In this document: one piece after another, positions 1 to 12,166 of the stretch
How positions within the stretch are numbered: position 1 is the first letter of the stretch
Layout: each line of letters starts with the position of its first letter
Source: Callorhinchus milii
Taxonomy: Eukaryota
NCBI RefSeq assembly: GCF_018977255.1
Contig: NW_024704743.1
Span: forward strand, 26,662,001-26,726,000
DNA: 64,000 nt
Direction of reading: 5' to 3'
The notes under the pieces: model-generated
The model's input: the letters and a program-made list of their open reading frames with translations, nothing else
What the model was told of the DNA's origin: nothing
Databases searched by the model: none
Program-made: the position numbers and the translations under genes

Positions 1-1499
1 AGCCAGGGCTATTACACTCCACTGTGCACTTGCCATGCAAGCTGCATACACATTAGCTGTTGATATTATCTAACCCCCAAATGGCTTTATCCTCTATACA
101 TGCAGGTTTGACACAATAGTGTAAAGGAATTGTCCTAGAAAAAGTTGCAATAAATTGGAATTCATTAAAATGCGTATCTACATATCTACATATTTGCAAT
201 ATTTAATAACAGACTTTTTATTAAGCCATTTTTAATGAAGATTATTAAATATTCGTTTTTCAATTTTTGTAACATTGAATGTGCTGAAAGTGCATTCAGC
301 ATTTCTGCATTTTCAATATTTTAGACTTTTGAATAATTACACATTTCCTGTTAAGAAATCCTTTAAGAATTCGCATAAATTAGACCCCATTTCAAATATA
401 TAGGTATATCAACAGTAAAGGCAATCTGAAATGGAAGCGTTTTTTGTTGATCCTTGGTTAAACCAAAAAATAATGACTGATGTGCTGTGTTTACTCTCCT
501 GTCAGGCTGAGGAAATGTAAGACTAAAGGTCAAGTCATTCAATCTCTGAGCCCATCTATAGTTTGAAGCAGAGTGCTCCCAAAGTCCACTATTAGCATTT
601 GATCTTATTTAAAACTTATTTTTGTATTTTCTAGGACTTTTTAAAAAAAAACTTTTTAGGGTTAAAGCATTGAAACAAAAGACAGTTGACAGTAACACAA
701 GGAAATTATTCTGTTTCAATCATTTACCTAATGGTACCCTGTATGTTAGGTTTTCTGTGATGACAGAAAGACGGATGATAAGAGGCACACTTCCAGTCCA
801 ATACTTACTGAAGAATTAATGTAATTTAAAAATGAATCCAAAGGGAAAGTTTATTTTGTTGAGCAAGTGAACAGTTATAGAGATTATGAAGTGAGAAATA
901 TAACTACGTCACATTGGTTTGATTGTCCTGCTGGTTTCACTTGAAGATGTAATTGTAAAGGCACCCTTATCTTGTTTGAAAACACATATATTTTTATGTA
1001 GAAGTATTTGTGCATGGTTGATCAGTGTAAAGTGACTTTACACTCTAATATATTCTGTGAAGCGCTTTGAGATGACTTGCTAATACAAGGATTATTATTA
1101 TCATTATTATTATTACTGCTGTGTTACATATGTATGATTCACTGCATTGTTAGAAAAAAATGCAAGGTTTTAAAATCCATAAGTTAAACAAATCCTAAGG
1201 TTTTTTGTTAGGGAGCAGGAAAACAGATTCTCCTGTGGTCAAAAGAGAACAAAGCCTGGCCACAAGCCTCCAAGATTGGTATTTTTGAACCACTCGGAAG
1301 AACATTACGCAGTCTAGGATATCTCTCTTTCCAGTTTTCTTTCCCTATGTGGTAAGTGCAAGGCAACTTTCCCAGCTCAGTTATAACTATAGTCCATGAC
1401 AAACATTGAAATGTTGCAATTTCTTGAGGAGCAATAGCGCCAACTCAATGGCTCTCAGAAGTGGTCCAATCACAGGTTATCTTAGGCCAGTCATCATTC

Positions 1500-1687
1500 A
1501 CATATCACCATTCTGCCCTCACTCTTTGAACCTCTATTCCATAGTCCCTTCAGCTCATCTCCTCCCTCGTCTTGTTCAATGCCCATCTTAAAACATACCT
1601 CTTTGAATCCCATTCACTCCCACCCCCAGCTGGGGTGCCCAGGCAGCACTGTCAAGTGCTTTGGGAGGTCCTTCCAATGTGAAAGGC
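1500..1687 (+). mobile_element. Old L2 LINE 3' fragment
   Basis: Pyrimidine-rich L2-like sequence ending gtcaagtgctttgggaggtccttccaatgtgaaaggc, matching the L2 tails elsewhere in the window. Confidence 0.55.
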
Positions 1688-1790
1688 TTGTCCAGCTAGA
1701 ACCACCCTACACCCTACACATAAGGGCCTTAGCTTGCAGGTTAACAGAAGCTGAGTGGGAAGAGTCCCTCTGCCCAGTGTCACCATTGTG
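1687..1790 (+). repeat. Unclassified dispersed repeat (family X), partial copy
   Basis: ccagctagaaccaccctac...gcttgcaggttaacagaagctgagtgggaagag aligns by eye with 20126-20195 and 40001-40070. Confidence 0.65.
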
Positions 1791-2113
1791 ATGACTAATG
1801 CACAGGACTTTGGGCTCTTTTTTCCTCAAGCAAAATGAGGTTTGCCAAACAATTGTTGATGATCACTGTGCCCCTTTAAATGTTTCACTTTCCCAGAAGT
1901 GCTAGTCGTGAGTAAGAAAGAGAAACGGAATAATGCTGGAAGCAGCGGTGAAGTTGAAGGTCACAGGGAAATGGCTGGTCCAAGCCACAAGAAAAGGTGA
2001 CAGTAATGATGTCTGACTGAACATCAGTCACTGAAATAGAAACATTTCAGCCCACACTCAAAAGATTCCTCTTAGGAGGAGTAGGAGTTTTTGCTTCTTA
2101 TTTCATGTATCCT

Positions 2114-3543
2114 GACTGTGCCATGCAGTCACTGAATTATGTTTGTTTTGTCTTCCCTAACCTTATCTCCACAGAGTGTAATGGTTTCTTTAACAATAAC
2201 TATAATAATAATAATCCTTGCATTTGATATAGTGCCTTATCATGTCTTTGAGACGTCTCAAGGAGCTCACAGAATATACTGTAAAGTTAATTGACTGTAT
2301 AATTTGTGGGACAAACATGGCAGCCAATTTTGCACAGCAGTATCCCACAAACAGTCGTGGATTGAGTGATCATTATTAATGTTATTTTTTAAAAAAATAT
2401 TTTCCGAAAATCTCCTGTTATTAATTCACCCAACTAAAGGTTTCCACTCTCAGGGTATTCTGTTCTGAAAGCATCTAGGTCAACGATGCTTGCAATCTTA
2501 CTGGTTGCAGCTTGGCTTTGATCGTGCAGAAGATGTTGCTTCAGAAACTGGTGAACCATTTGGTTCCTGGTTCCTCAGGATGTACTGGGTAGCAGAAGGC
2601 TATCCTCTCTTTTCTGACTTACCCCCATGGAAATCACCAGGACAAAACCAGACCAGGGCAAATACCAGGGTCCTGTTCTGTATTAACTCTACAACAGCTA
2701 ACAGGACATCTCGTGGTAAAAAATCTCATATGACGCAACAGCAGAGTATCATAACTCAGACTGAAGAGCAGAATGATGGCCCAAGATAGCATCTTGGAAT
2801 GGAACCAATCCTTGGTTAGTTACAATATATGGTGTGTGGTTTCTCTAACCAAAATGTGTTAAAAATTCAGTCTCTCATGAACATGATATAGTGGAACAAT
2901 AATAATTCAATTCCCCATGATAACCAACTTTATGATTTTTCTCAGTGAAAGTATTAATTTCTGGACTATTTGTGTTACATTGGGAAGGGTTCAGCATTGT
3001 GGGTCCTCAACAACTTTCGGTTGGGTTAGCAATGTCAAAATTATTTCTATGTTGGAAATCCCATTCTATTATCTTGGACAGCTTTCAAATCAAGGTTCAG
3101 AGATTGAAGGACAAAATCAGGCCCCTTGTGTTACCCAATGGCAGAAAATGCAAAAGTTGCAAAAGTAATAAAGTCTCTGTCAAACTTCACAATACCGAAC
3201 ACATTCAGTAAACGTCAATTTCCATTCCATATAAAAACTTAACTAGAGCATTCTGCCAGCCAATGTATCCTGAGGAACCTGGGACTGGATGATTCACCAG
3301 CTTCTGAAACAACAGCATCTTTTGCAGTCTCACAGCCAAGCTCGTTCTGACGAAATTGTAAGAAACATTGACATAGATATCCTCAGAGCAAAATACGCTG
3401 AAAGAAAACTTTTACAATTGGATGGGCGAATCTATAGCTTAAGCAATTTCAGGAAAATAATTTTAAAAATGCGAATTACTTTTGGAGGAATTAAGTTTAG
3501 GAAAAACAAAACAAACAGAATTCAATGAATGTATGGCACAATC
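2114..3543. repeat. Large degenerate inverted repeat (palindrome), arms 2114-2601 and 3247-3543
   Basis: The reverse complement of 3247-3543 aligns with 2114-2190 plus 2382-2601. Example: cagaaactggtgaaccatttggttcctggttcctcaggat vs cagaagctggtgaatcatccagtcccaggttcctcaggat. Confidence 0.85.
2201..2374 (-). mobile_element. SINE2-1_CM-like SINE, 3' half
   Basis: Reverse complement of the tail motif gataaggcgctatatcaaatgcaaggattatt(att)n plus the gtgggacactgctgtgcgcaattggctgcc block. Confidence 0.9.
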
Positions 3544-3594
3544 TAGCAAGGATGAGGAATGCACCTCAAGGGTACATCACTGTTGACTGTTAAT

Positions 3595-3767
3595 GTCTCG
3601 GGACCCTCCTCTTCGACTGTGCCTTCGGTTGCCTTCCTTCCCCCACTGCCCTCCACCCTCTCCGATTCCGAACCCCAGCTCGATCCGAAACACTGCTTGT
3701 CCAGTGCCTTGGGACATCCTTCCGACATGAAAGGAGCTATGCAAATGCAATTTTGTTGTTGTTGTTG
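3595..3767 (+). mobile_element. L2 LINE 3' end, 5'-truncated
   Basis: accctcctcttcgactgtgccttcgg...ttgggacatccttccgacatgaaaggagctatgcaaatgcaa(ttg)n. Confidence 0.85.
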
Positions 3768-5430
3768 CAGACATGTCCTCTCCATGTCTTCCTTGGAACC
3801 CTGTAACATAGACTTACACCTATAAATAACACTAGGAGAGATGGAAGTGGCAGAAACTCCTGGGTTTTAAATACATTAAGTCACAGATAATTCACATATC
3901 CCTATGTCACTTTCAGCAGCTCATTTCAGTTGTAATCCACTTTTGTATCCTCTGCATACCCAAGGAATTATTCTGCTTCAATGTTCTTATTTTCACCATT
4001 CAGAGCCAAACACAGGAACTCAATTATGTTCTCAATCTCAGCACAAGCCACCTTGACTCCCAGTGGATGTATTGGGATGTCTCGGCAAGAAATGGTAGAA
4101 TTAATACAGTGAAAGAAAACTGTAAGAGAATAGAGGGGACTTAGATAACCGTATTAGCAGAGGAATCTCGCATAGAACACACAATTGCTAAGCTCTACAA
4201 TATATCCTGTAAATCTCTTTGAGATGACTTTCTCACATGAATGGCGCTATAATCACTTGTGAGGATTATAATTATTACTACAATGTCCATACTTGCTAGT
4301 GTCCTCTAACACTGGCAATGGGTGATCCAGTTTATCTGAGTAAAACTGGTCTGTTTTCCCACAAGTGTGTGTGTAACTGTGGAGGAGGACCAAGTGATAG
4401 CTAGAGACATGTAAGCTACTACAGCATATCTTTAGGTAGACAGGACAACCCCAAGTCAAAATTAAAGTTGGATGTGTAACCAGTCACAATAATATGCCGG
4501 AAAATAGTTTCATTTTTGCATTCTATCTCTTCTGCTTATTATTGGAAGAAATCATCTGTATATTAATAATTAAAATGAAATGGTTTTCCCTTCCACAGTA
4601 TACTTTCTACAATAGTAAATAGGTAATATATGAATGCATGCATTTCATAATTTTTCCCATCATTGCCTTTATGTGTAATGTCTTCCTAAACATCACACAC
4701 AGGCCTTTTGGAACCTGACTATTCCAAGGCAATATGCGCTAGTACTTGCTCCCCAGGAAATAGAGAGGAAGATTATGTACATTTATTAATGCTCCTTCTT
4801 ATCTATTATTCCATGTGGAATCATGCGACAGAGGTGCTCACTAATTATTTCAGATCGCCTACATTGGATGATGTTCAGAATATCCCAGCCTAACACATCA
4901 TCTTGTTCCTGTGCAACCCATTATCCATCTGCCTCCACCATCTGCCTTCTATAACTGCCTTCTGAGAGGCTAACTGCAGTAACCACAGTGTTGCCATGTC
5001 ACATGGCATGGAGCATTCCCCGATCAAAGTATTTCCCGATCTTGATCTTCCCAGGATTGCAATTGAGATTAATGATCACTGTGATTTATAAGCACTGAAA
5101 TCTTATTTTCTGGGCTTGTAAATATTTTCATACTCTATATCCTGGGGAACAAATGCTATCCTTCTGTAATGTTTGATGTGATAATTTAACAAGAGTGATA
5201 TGAACATGTCAATGAAAATGCTGTCTTGTTAATGCCTCAGTCACCAGTGGGCATGGGGAACACACCCCAATTCCTCAGAACAGTTGGTCTTGAAACCACC
5301 AGCATAGTTGAACCTGCCATCTGCAGATCATAGCATTTTAGTGGCAATTAGTGGAAAACTGGTTTAATTCAGCTTTAAATGGTTAAAAATACTGAGATAT
5401 GAATGGGGCGTAATTTCTGATAGTGTGATA

Positions 5431-5930
5431 TAATAATAATAATCCTTGCATTTGATATAATAATCTCCCATACTAGGCCTCATGAATCTATCAGCCCCAA
5501 CCTCGCCAGGCTCCACTGGCTCCCCATCCCCCAGAGGATAGAGTTCAAAATCCTCATCCTCGCCTTCAAGATCCTCCACGGCCTTGCTCCTCCCTACCTC
5601 TGAGACCTGCTGACCCCTTCAGCCTTTCTGCCCCCACCCTATGGAACTACATCCCACATTCCCTTTGTTTCGCTCCCTTCCTTGCCTCCTTCAATTCGCG
5701 TCTAAAAACCCTTCTCTTTGTTCAAGCCTTTGGCCACCCTCCTACGCTCCTCGCCCTCCATCCTCCCCAATCCCGATCCCCAGCTTGGGCCCGAATCCCT
5801 GACTGTTCAGCACTTTGGGCCGTCCTACTGATGTGAAAGGCGCAATAGAAATGTAATTTTGTATTGTATATAGCAACTAATCATGTTGTTGAGAAGTCTC
5901 AAAGTGCTTCATGGAATACATTGTAATGTG
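5431..5930 (-). mobile_element. SINE 3' tail split by an L2 insertion (pieces 5431-5459 and 5869-5930)
   Basis: aatccttgcatttgatata, then after the L2, tagcaactaatcatgttgttgagaagtctcaaagtgcttca continues the SINE tail consensus. Confidence 0.75.
5465..5868 (+). mobile_element. L2 LINE 3' end (ORF2 C-terminus + 3' UTR)
   Basis: Encodes LHWLPIPQRIEFKILILAFKILHGLAPPYL; ends aaatgtaattttgtattgtat. Confidence 0.9.
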
Positions 5931-6607
5931 AAAACAAAACCAAAATACTGCAGATGCTGGAAATCTGAAACAAAAGCAGAAGTCGCTGGGAACACTCAAA
6001 AGGTCGGGCAGCATCGATGGAGAAAGGAAAGTGAGTCAATGTTTCGGGTCCATGACCGTTCGTCAAAACTGGAGCATGTTGGGAAAGGCTTTTAAGGGTG
6101 AACAGAGAGGGAGGAGGTAGGCAAGGAATACAAAGGAGAAAATGGGGTTGAGGACAGGGTATGATGGGTTAAAGATGGGTTAATGATGCAAAACAAAGGG
6201 GGGATTGCAACAAAACAGAGGAATAGAGGTGTTAATAATGCAAAATAAAGGGGGATAAACTGCAACAAAATAGGCAGACCAGAGAGGAAAAAGGTGTAGC
6301 TGCGCCCTAAATGATGTGGTAATGGTCAAAGAAGAGGGGGAGAGGGAAGGTGAACTGTTATGGTCTAAAATTGTTGAAATCAATATTGAGGCCAGAGGGC
6401 TGTAAGGTCCCTAGTAGATAGATGAGGTGCTGTTCCTTGAGCTTGCGCTGTGGCTCATTGGAACAACGTAGGAGACCAAAGATGGAGAGGTTAGAGTGCA
6501 AGTGGGAGGGAGAGGTGAAGTGGCAAGAAATTGGAAGCTCAGGGTGCTTGGCAAATTGGTCGCTCAATCGGCGTTTGGTTTTCCCAATGTAGAGGAGTCC
6601 ATATCGT
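5931..6607 (-). mobile_element. Penelope-like retroelement 3' part with decayed GIY-YIG endonuclease
   Basis: Minus strand reads YGLLYIGKTKRRLSDQFAKH...HF...RKLKEQHLIYLLGTLQPSGLNIDF. Terminal segment tgcagatgctggaaatctgaaacaaaa...gtttcgggtc resembles chondrichthyan Penelope termini as I recall them. Confidence 0.85.
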
Positions 6608-6875
6608 GAGTAGTGAATGCACCAATGTAGTATACTGCTCTGTTATTGCTGCAGCACCATTGGGAAGACGATCTGTGAAGAAATTGTACTTGATCTTACT
6701 GATTGATTGTGGCCCACACTTCCTCTGACAGAAGTCTGAAAGGTCTATGTCGCCCAGAAAATGAGTGCAGTCACCGCCATTTACACACTCAGGGCATATG
6801 AAAGGCAGCATACGAAACGCCCATTTTTTAATAAGCAGAGCGAGAGAAACTAGTCAACTACAGGCCAACATGAAG

Positions 6876-6958
6876 ACCTATAGAATAGTGGAGAGAGCAC
6901 TCACCTCGCGAGCGAGAGGACCTGGGTTTGATTCGCAGGCTGGGAAAACATTAAGCAA
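6876..6958 (+). mobile_element. SINE tRNA-derived head only, decayed
   Basis: agagcactcacctcgcgagcgagaggacctgggtttgattcgc matches the head of the full copies at 8559 and 39168. Confidence 0.7.
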
Positions 6959-7228
6959 ATAATATGTGCAAAAATGACACTTCATTTGCTTTTTCCACTC
7001 ATTATAAGACATGTCATACTAACACATAATAAGCAATTACCAGTCCTGTGAATGAAAGTGGAAAATCTAAGGAATGCTTGTCTCTGTGCAACTCACAAAT
7101 TACAACAAGCTTGTGCCACTGATAGCTGTCAACCATTTTAAAAAGCAACTGAAGCAAGGGTATTGCATGCTGTTTTGCATGATTTATTCTGGTAGAGAGT
7201 GCAAACATTGAGATTGTAGATATAACAA

Positions 7229-7522
7229 AATAATAATCCTTGCATTTGATATAATAAATAATAATAATGGCATTTGATATAGCACTTTATCACATTATTG
7301 AGACATCTCAAAGTGCTTCACAGAATATACAGTAAAGTGAATTGACTGTATAGCTTGCGGGCGAAACGTGGCAGCCGATTGCGCATAGCAGTGTCCCGCA
7401 AACAGTCATGGATTGAGTGACCAAATTATTCTTATTAATATTATTTTGTTTATGTATTTTTATTTTTGAAGGGATTATTACCACGGAAAGCAATCCGCCA
7501 ATTGACTAACTGCTACTTACTG
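7229..7522 (-). mobile_element. SINE2-1_CM-like SINE, 5'-truncated, duplicated tail
   Basis: gcatttgatata occurs twice; body matches the family consensus. Confidence 0.9.
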
Positions 7523-7989
7523 TTTTTTTTAGGGGATCATATGGGCGTAACCCTGAAATTTATCTGCAAGGTCATAAACAATGTACTCCGCTTACTGGTA
7601 GAATGTTTTCAGGAGCTGATTTTTATTAAAATATGAAAAGATGCCATTGTCATAATATAATTCAAACTACTGGAGGCAGGAGTCTAACACAGTCAACTTC
7701 AATAGCTCACCTCAGTGACCTCAGCATAGTTTGTTATTGTGAACATGAATATTGCAATTTTATAATACTGAAACACTTAAACACATTCAATGTGTTAACA
7801 GATGAGTAATTCAGTAATCCCTTTTATTGGTTATTAATTACATTAATAAATCCTTTTCATTGATTGTTAATTATAAAATTAATTCCCTCTGTGAACTTAT
7901 GGTCTGCATAACTCAAATAACAGACAATTTTCTTTTAGTCAGCTGAGTGTCTGACACATGCAGAAATCCATCATCGTGCAGAAGAGTAT

Positions 7990-8390
7990 ACAAGCCAGAT
8001 GCAGGATCAGTAACTTTTGAGAGATTGGCCGTGAAGGTTGAGGAGGTCAGAGCTGGAGGTGAGGAGAAGTTGATGGAAGCTAAAGAGAATGGCTTCTGTT
8101 TTGTCCATGTTAAGGTACAGAATGTTGCCACTCAGCCAGGCGTTTGGTCTTTGACATCCAGGAGGACAGAAATGGATCAATGGACTTGAGATTGCGACTA
8201 AGGGAGGCAAAAATAGATTTGGGGTGTCATCAAGATACAGGCGGATGAGGAAGCATGTGGATGAGGAAAAGGAGATGGGTTGAGGAGAGAGCCCTGAGAC
8301 ACATAGCAGGTGACCTTGCGAGGGGGGAGGAGAAACTGAAGAGGAGAGGTACCAACTGAGAAGCTAGTTCTGTCACCTGGGTGCTCAGTG
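7990..8390 (-). mobile_element. Old L2 ORF2 (RT C-terminal) fragment
   Basis: Minus-strand peptide WLSGNILYLNMDKTEAILF, which follows the YADD region in L2 RTs. Confidence 0.7.
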
Positions 8391-8558
8391 ACAGATCAGT
8401 GTAGGCAAGTGTCCTCCCTGCACCCACTTCTCTGTTTTTTAAACCACAAATCCACTGTACTTTATGGTTCTAGACTTCGAAAATGTACTGAAGGAAACCC
8501 CTCCATTGTTTGTCCATGAACTTGGAACCATGAAGGAGAACTGCTTGGATATAATTCA

Positions 8559-8926
8559 GAGTCCTCCAGCTCAGTGGTTAGAGCACTTGCCTCGCAAGCG
8601 AGAGACCTGGGTTTGATTCCCAGCAAGGCAAAATGTTAGGCAAGTTTCCTTACTCCACACGCCTCTGTTTACCAAGCAGTAAGTAGGAACCCAGTTGTTA
8701 GTCGATTAATGAATCGCTTTTCCGGGGGTAATAATTCTTTTTAAAATAAATTGGTCACTTCAGTCCACGATTGTTTGTGGGACACTGCTGTGCAAAATTG
8801 GCTGCCATGTCTCTCCCACAAAATATACAGTCAATTCACTTTACAGTATGTTCTGTGAAGCACTTTGAGACACCCCGAAGACGTGATAAGGCGTTATTTC
8901 AAATGCAAGGATTATTATCATTATTA
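8559..8926 (+). mobile_element. Full-length tRNA-Ala-derived SINE (SINE2-1_CM-like)
   Basis: A-box agctcagtggttagagc, anticodon arm cctcgca, B-box gggtttgattccc, central domain, Deu/L2-type tail ending caaggattattatcatt. Confidence 0.92.
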
Positions 8927-9310
8927 TATGCTACAAGCTTAACCTGCATTGGTACTTTGCTATCATTGAAGAGAGACGAGAATAACTTGTGCCCTTTGCA
9001 CTTTCTCAGCGCAATCTCAAGAGACAGTGACAAGGCAAAAGTGTTGGTCTTTGTAACTCTCAGCTATGAGTCAACAATGAGGACAGATGTCCCTTTACAT
9101 CTTCCAATTGATAATTTCAAGAAGCTTTTTTGATCCAAGCAGAGTCACAATGCAGCACTTTGGATGCAGTACCATCCTGTGAAACTCAATGGCCCAGTGT
9201 ACAGAATGATGAGTGCAACGTATGAGATTGGGTCCACCAACAATACAGTATCTTCGCCAAACACACGGCCTTCAATGCTAATTGTTTATAGTAGGTAGGA
9301 AGTGATTGAT

Positions 9311-9385
9311 GTTCTGTTTCACACCTTAAATTGCACCTTATATTTTATGTTGTGTTTCACACCTTATATTACATCTTATATTTTA
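9311..9385. repeat. Tandem duplication, ~37-bp unit, 2 copies
   Basis: gttctgtttcacaccttaaattgcaccttatatttta followed by gttgtgtttcacaccttatattacatcttatatttta. Confidence 0.8.
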
Positions 9386-9989
9386 GCAAGCAAGCACTTA
9401 AGCAATCAGTGCCATTCAGGTTCTATTCCGAACATTAACATTACACTTACCAAGAGAAGCTGAAGGAAACCCCAAAGCCCCATTTCCATGATGCATTGGA
9501 GATGAAATATGCAGTTTGGCCACTGCTGTCCCATTAATGTTCTGTAGAATTTATTTTTATCACCCCTACAATGTTCAATCAACTGACAGTTCAGGATTAC
9601 AACTGGAGCTAGTTCAAGATATTGTGTTTATTAAAGCAAACCTATCACTGCTCTATTGTAATTCAAAGATAACAGCTGCAGCAATGCCAGGACCAGAGCA
9701 TTGAAAAGTGCTGGCCTGAGTTATTGGAAGACAGACCAACCATTTGGAACACTGCACCTCAAATGACATTAGCACTGATTTATTGCTGAATAAACATTAG
9801 TATTCATATTAATAATTCTTGCATTTCGTGTATTGTAGTGGCTATAAAGTAGAAACATCTCTTAGCATTTCACAGGTAATCACCATATTTATCAACATAT
9901 ATAGGCATTGAATTGCACAAGATTAACCTGCATTGGCAAGTCCCATGAACAGTCACAAAACAAATGATCAATTTATCACATATTAGGCC

Positions 9990-11520
9990 TTGCTCTGGAT
10001 TCAACTATATTACTCTCTAACTTAATGTTAAATTCCATCATGTTATGGTCAATCTGCCATAGAGGAGTCTTATCTTCCAGATTGCTGCTTAGCTCTATTT
10101 CATTACACAAAACAAAATCTAGGATAGCCTGTTCCCTGGTTGGTTCCTCAGCATATTGTTCTAGAAAACTATCTCCAATGCATTCTATAAACCCGTCCTC
10201 TACTTTAGCAAATTTGGTTTTTCCAGTCTATATGAAGATTGAAATCACCCATTATTATTATATTCCCCTTGCTACATGCTCCTCTAATTTCCTGATTAAT
10301 ACCCTGCTCGATACTGTAATTGTTGTTTGAGGGTCTATAAACTACTCAAACTATTGTTTTCTGCCCCTTGTTGTTTCTTACATCCACCCATAATGACTCT
10401 ACATCCTGACTTTCTGATTGAAAATCCTTCCTCTCTACTGTTTTTATCTTATCCTTTATTAGCAGGGCTACCCCCCACCTCATTTTCCGTATTGTCTATC
10501 TTTCCTATACGTCGAATACCCCGGAATGTTTTGCTCTCACCCTTAGTGTCCCTGTAACCACGTCTCCGTAATAGCCATTAGATTGTACTGATTTATCTCT
10601 ATTTGTGCACCTAATTCGTCTATCTTGTTACGAATGCTTTGTGCATTCAGATATAGCACCTTTAATTTTGACTTCTTACTATTTCCCCTACTTGTTAATG
10701 CCCTATTTCCTCTGTTGAGCTTTTTTTCCCTACTTGACACACTTTGTTCTTTATCTCCCAGGTTGCTACTCTGCTCTACAGCCTTGACTGTCCCTTGTAT
10801 CGTCGGTTTACGTTTAACTGTAGCTGTAACCTTCCCTCCACACCCCCCACTTAATAGTTTAAAGCTCTGCCTATCTCCCTATTTAATTGTTTTGCCCAGT
10901 CCGGTTAAGTTGGAGCCCATCTCGAAGGAATAGCTCCCTTTTTCCCCCAAGACTGGTGCCAGTAGCCCATAAAACGAAAAACCTGTCTCCTGCACCACTC
11001 TTTCAGCCACGCGTTTAACTCTTTAATTTGTTTGTCCCTGTACCAATTTGCATGTGGCTCAGGCAGTAATCCGGAGATTATCATCTTGGAAGTTCTTCCT
11101 TTTAATTTCATTTCCCAGTTCATTGAACTCACTCCTCAGGTCATCACTACTAGTCCTACTTATATTGTGGGTTCCTATGTGGATCACCACAATTGGATCA
11201 TGCCCTTCCTGCTTCAAATTCTTCTCCAGCCCTGAAGAGACTTCCTTAACTCTAGCACCAGGACGGCAACACAGCCTTCGTGACTACTGGTTGCAGCTGC
11301 AGAGAAGAGTATCTGTCCACCTGACTGTCTCGTCCCCTATCACAACCACATTTCGTATTGCTCCCCCCACTTGTGTAGTCTCCTGTACAGAGGTGCTGGG
11401 GTCAGTTTGGGGTCTCCTCCTTACAGACTTCCGTATCCGCACAGCTTGCAAGTATCTCGTACCTGTTGGAAGTGGTTAAAGCCTAAGGCTTCTCCACCAC
11501 TCTCTCTGGGGTCCCCTTAT
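9990..11520 (-). mobile_element. CR1 LINE internal fragment: ORF1 (SGNH esterase-like) C-terminus + ORF2 APE endonuclease, decayed
   Basis: ORF1 motifs SNRYEIL, VVIGD, CCRPGARV, VVIHIGTHNI, IISGLLPEP. ORF2 motifs LKVLYLNAQSIRNKIDEL, MAITETWL, EPTREQAILDFVL, DHNMMEF. Stops and frameshifts present. Confidence 0.9.
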
Positions 11521-11566
11521 TTGCCTTAATATTGCAATGACATTATCCTGCAAGTCACTGAATCAA

Positions 11567-11662
11567 AATAATAATCCTTGTATTTGATATAGTGCCTTAT
11601 CATGTCATTGGAACATCTCAAGGTGCTCCATACAATTTACTGTAGAGTGCAATGACTGTATT
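11567..11662 (-). mobile_element. SINE 3' tail
   Basis: taataatccttgtatttgatatagtgccttatcatgtc. Confidence 0.8.
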
Positions 11663-12166
11663 TTGTATTCAGTTCCACTAGTATTTCCTTTCCAGCTCTT
11701 TCAGGAATATAGTGGACTAGTTATTTTGCTGCTTTCCTGCACCTTTCCTACACCTGTTTTTTTTATACATGGTGATTGGAAGGAATTAACTCAATAGATC
11801 CTCAATCAATAGATAACTCAATACCCTTCTCTTATTTCAGGCTATCTTATGTTCTTAACAAATAAATGTAAAATGATCAGTAAGAGTGATCCCTGAAACC
11901 CCATCAAACATGCAGTTATTCCCACTTGAATAAAATAGAATTTTATGCTACAAAATAAGTTTGTGCTTTTGAAACAAATTGAGTGAAACTCAGTTAAAGC
12001 TCAGTGATTTCCAATGGGAATCTTTACCTAAGAAATTCAATTGGGAAATCCTTCCAGTAACTGCTCTAACAGTAGATCAAGATCAAACAAGTTCCTGAGA
12101 ATCAGCATGACATCTGTCTGAATTGTGTGTAAAGTTATGGTGTTTAATACCCATTGTTACTCCAGA

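Noticed and set aside
8559..8632. Apparent tRNA-Ala gene (also at 39168 and 42750)
   Set aside because: No proper acceptor stem, and it continues directly into the SINE body; it is a SINE head
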